Of a DNA stretch of 64,000 nt, positions 63,987-64,000 are shown piece by piece (the stretch's first letter is position 1; every line of letters starts with the position of its first letter). Location of the stretch: contig CAIKXE010000004.1 in the NCBI GenBank assembly GCA_903831305.1, positions 83,524-147,523 of the forward strand, in the 5' to 3' direction. The notes below the pieces were generated by a model. It did not search any database and was not told the origin of the DNA. It saw only the letters and a list, made by a program, of their open reading frames with translations. The translations under genes were made by a program, and so were the position numbers. Source of the DNA: an uncultured bacterium. GTDB taxonomy: Bacteria; Patescibacteriota; Minisyncoccia; Phycocordibacterales; GWA1-40-21.

Positions 63987-64000
63987 ATTTTATGCTATAA

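Noticed and set aside
1-64000. CRISPR arrays, rRNA genes, IS transposases
   Set aside because: I scanned for regularly spaced direct repeats, rRNA-like conserved GC-rich blocks and DDE/transposase-like ORFs and saw none. The only repeats are the two-hairpin mini-elements, long inverted repeats and tRNA/tmRNA 3'-end duplications reported above.

Overview
This is an AT-rich, compact bacterial chromosomal segment with short intergenic spacers and many small housekeeping genes. The gene content looks like a reduced-genome Patescibacteria/CPR-type organism. That placement is an inference from content, not a database hit.

Recognisable housekeeping genes:
- Cell envelope: class A PBP, Mur ligase, an amidase_3-like hydrolase.
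- Translation and RNA: tyrS, rpsT, rplS, the infC-rpmI-rplT operon, tsaE, tsaC, SpoU/TrmH, RluA, RNase J-like beta-CASP nuclease, map.
- DNA metabolism: ruvC-yebC-ruvB, ruvA, ruvX, polA, mutM.
- Metabolism: zwf, gnd, adk, ndk, oleate hydratase.
- Type IV pilus parts: pilB, pilM/N/O-like genes and two prepilin-like proteins with divergent C-terminal modules.

I hand-folded eight tRNAs (Lys-UUU, Arg-GCG?, Ser-UGA, Arg-UCU, Val-UAC, Leu-GAG, His-GUG) and one tmRNA (ssrA). The tmRNA lies next to smpB, with a GIY-YIG gene in between.

Five features stand out:
1. Five short GC-rich islands with G/C-ending codons sit in intergenic gaps of the AT-rich backbone. Each carries its own sigma70-like promoter, SD, small ORF(s) and intrinsic terminator. 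The ORFs include two lipoproteins, a Cys-rich peptide and a CheY-receiver-like protein.
2. A Liv-type ABC transporter locus (livH, livM, livG, livF) is interrupted by three divergently arranged TrmB-family regulator plus substrate-binding-protein cassettes, a truncated fourth SBP remnant, an AlaX-like editing protein and one GC-rich island. A fourth TrmB paralog lies elsewhere in the window.
3. A roughly 50-nt two-hairpin repeat element family occurs in two intergenic copies that differ by compensatory changes. A partial copy is inserted in-frame in polA between motifs B and C.
4. A cluster of free-standing homing-type endonucleases (one double-motif LAGLIDADG, two tandem HNH) is interleaved with tRNA-Leu and tRNA-His.
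5. Duplicated 3'-end fragments of tmRNA and of tRNA-Arg(UCU) look like integration scars.

No CRISPR array, rRNA gene or transposase was seen.
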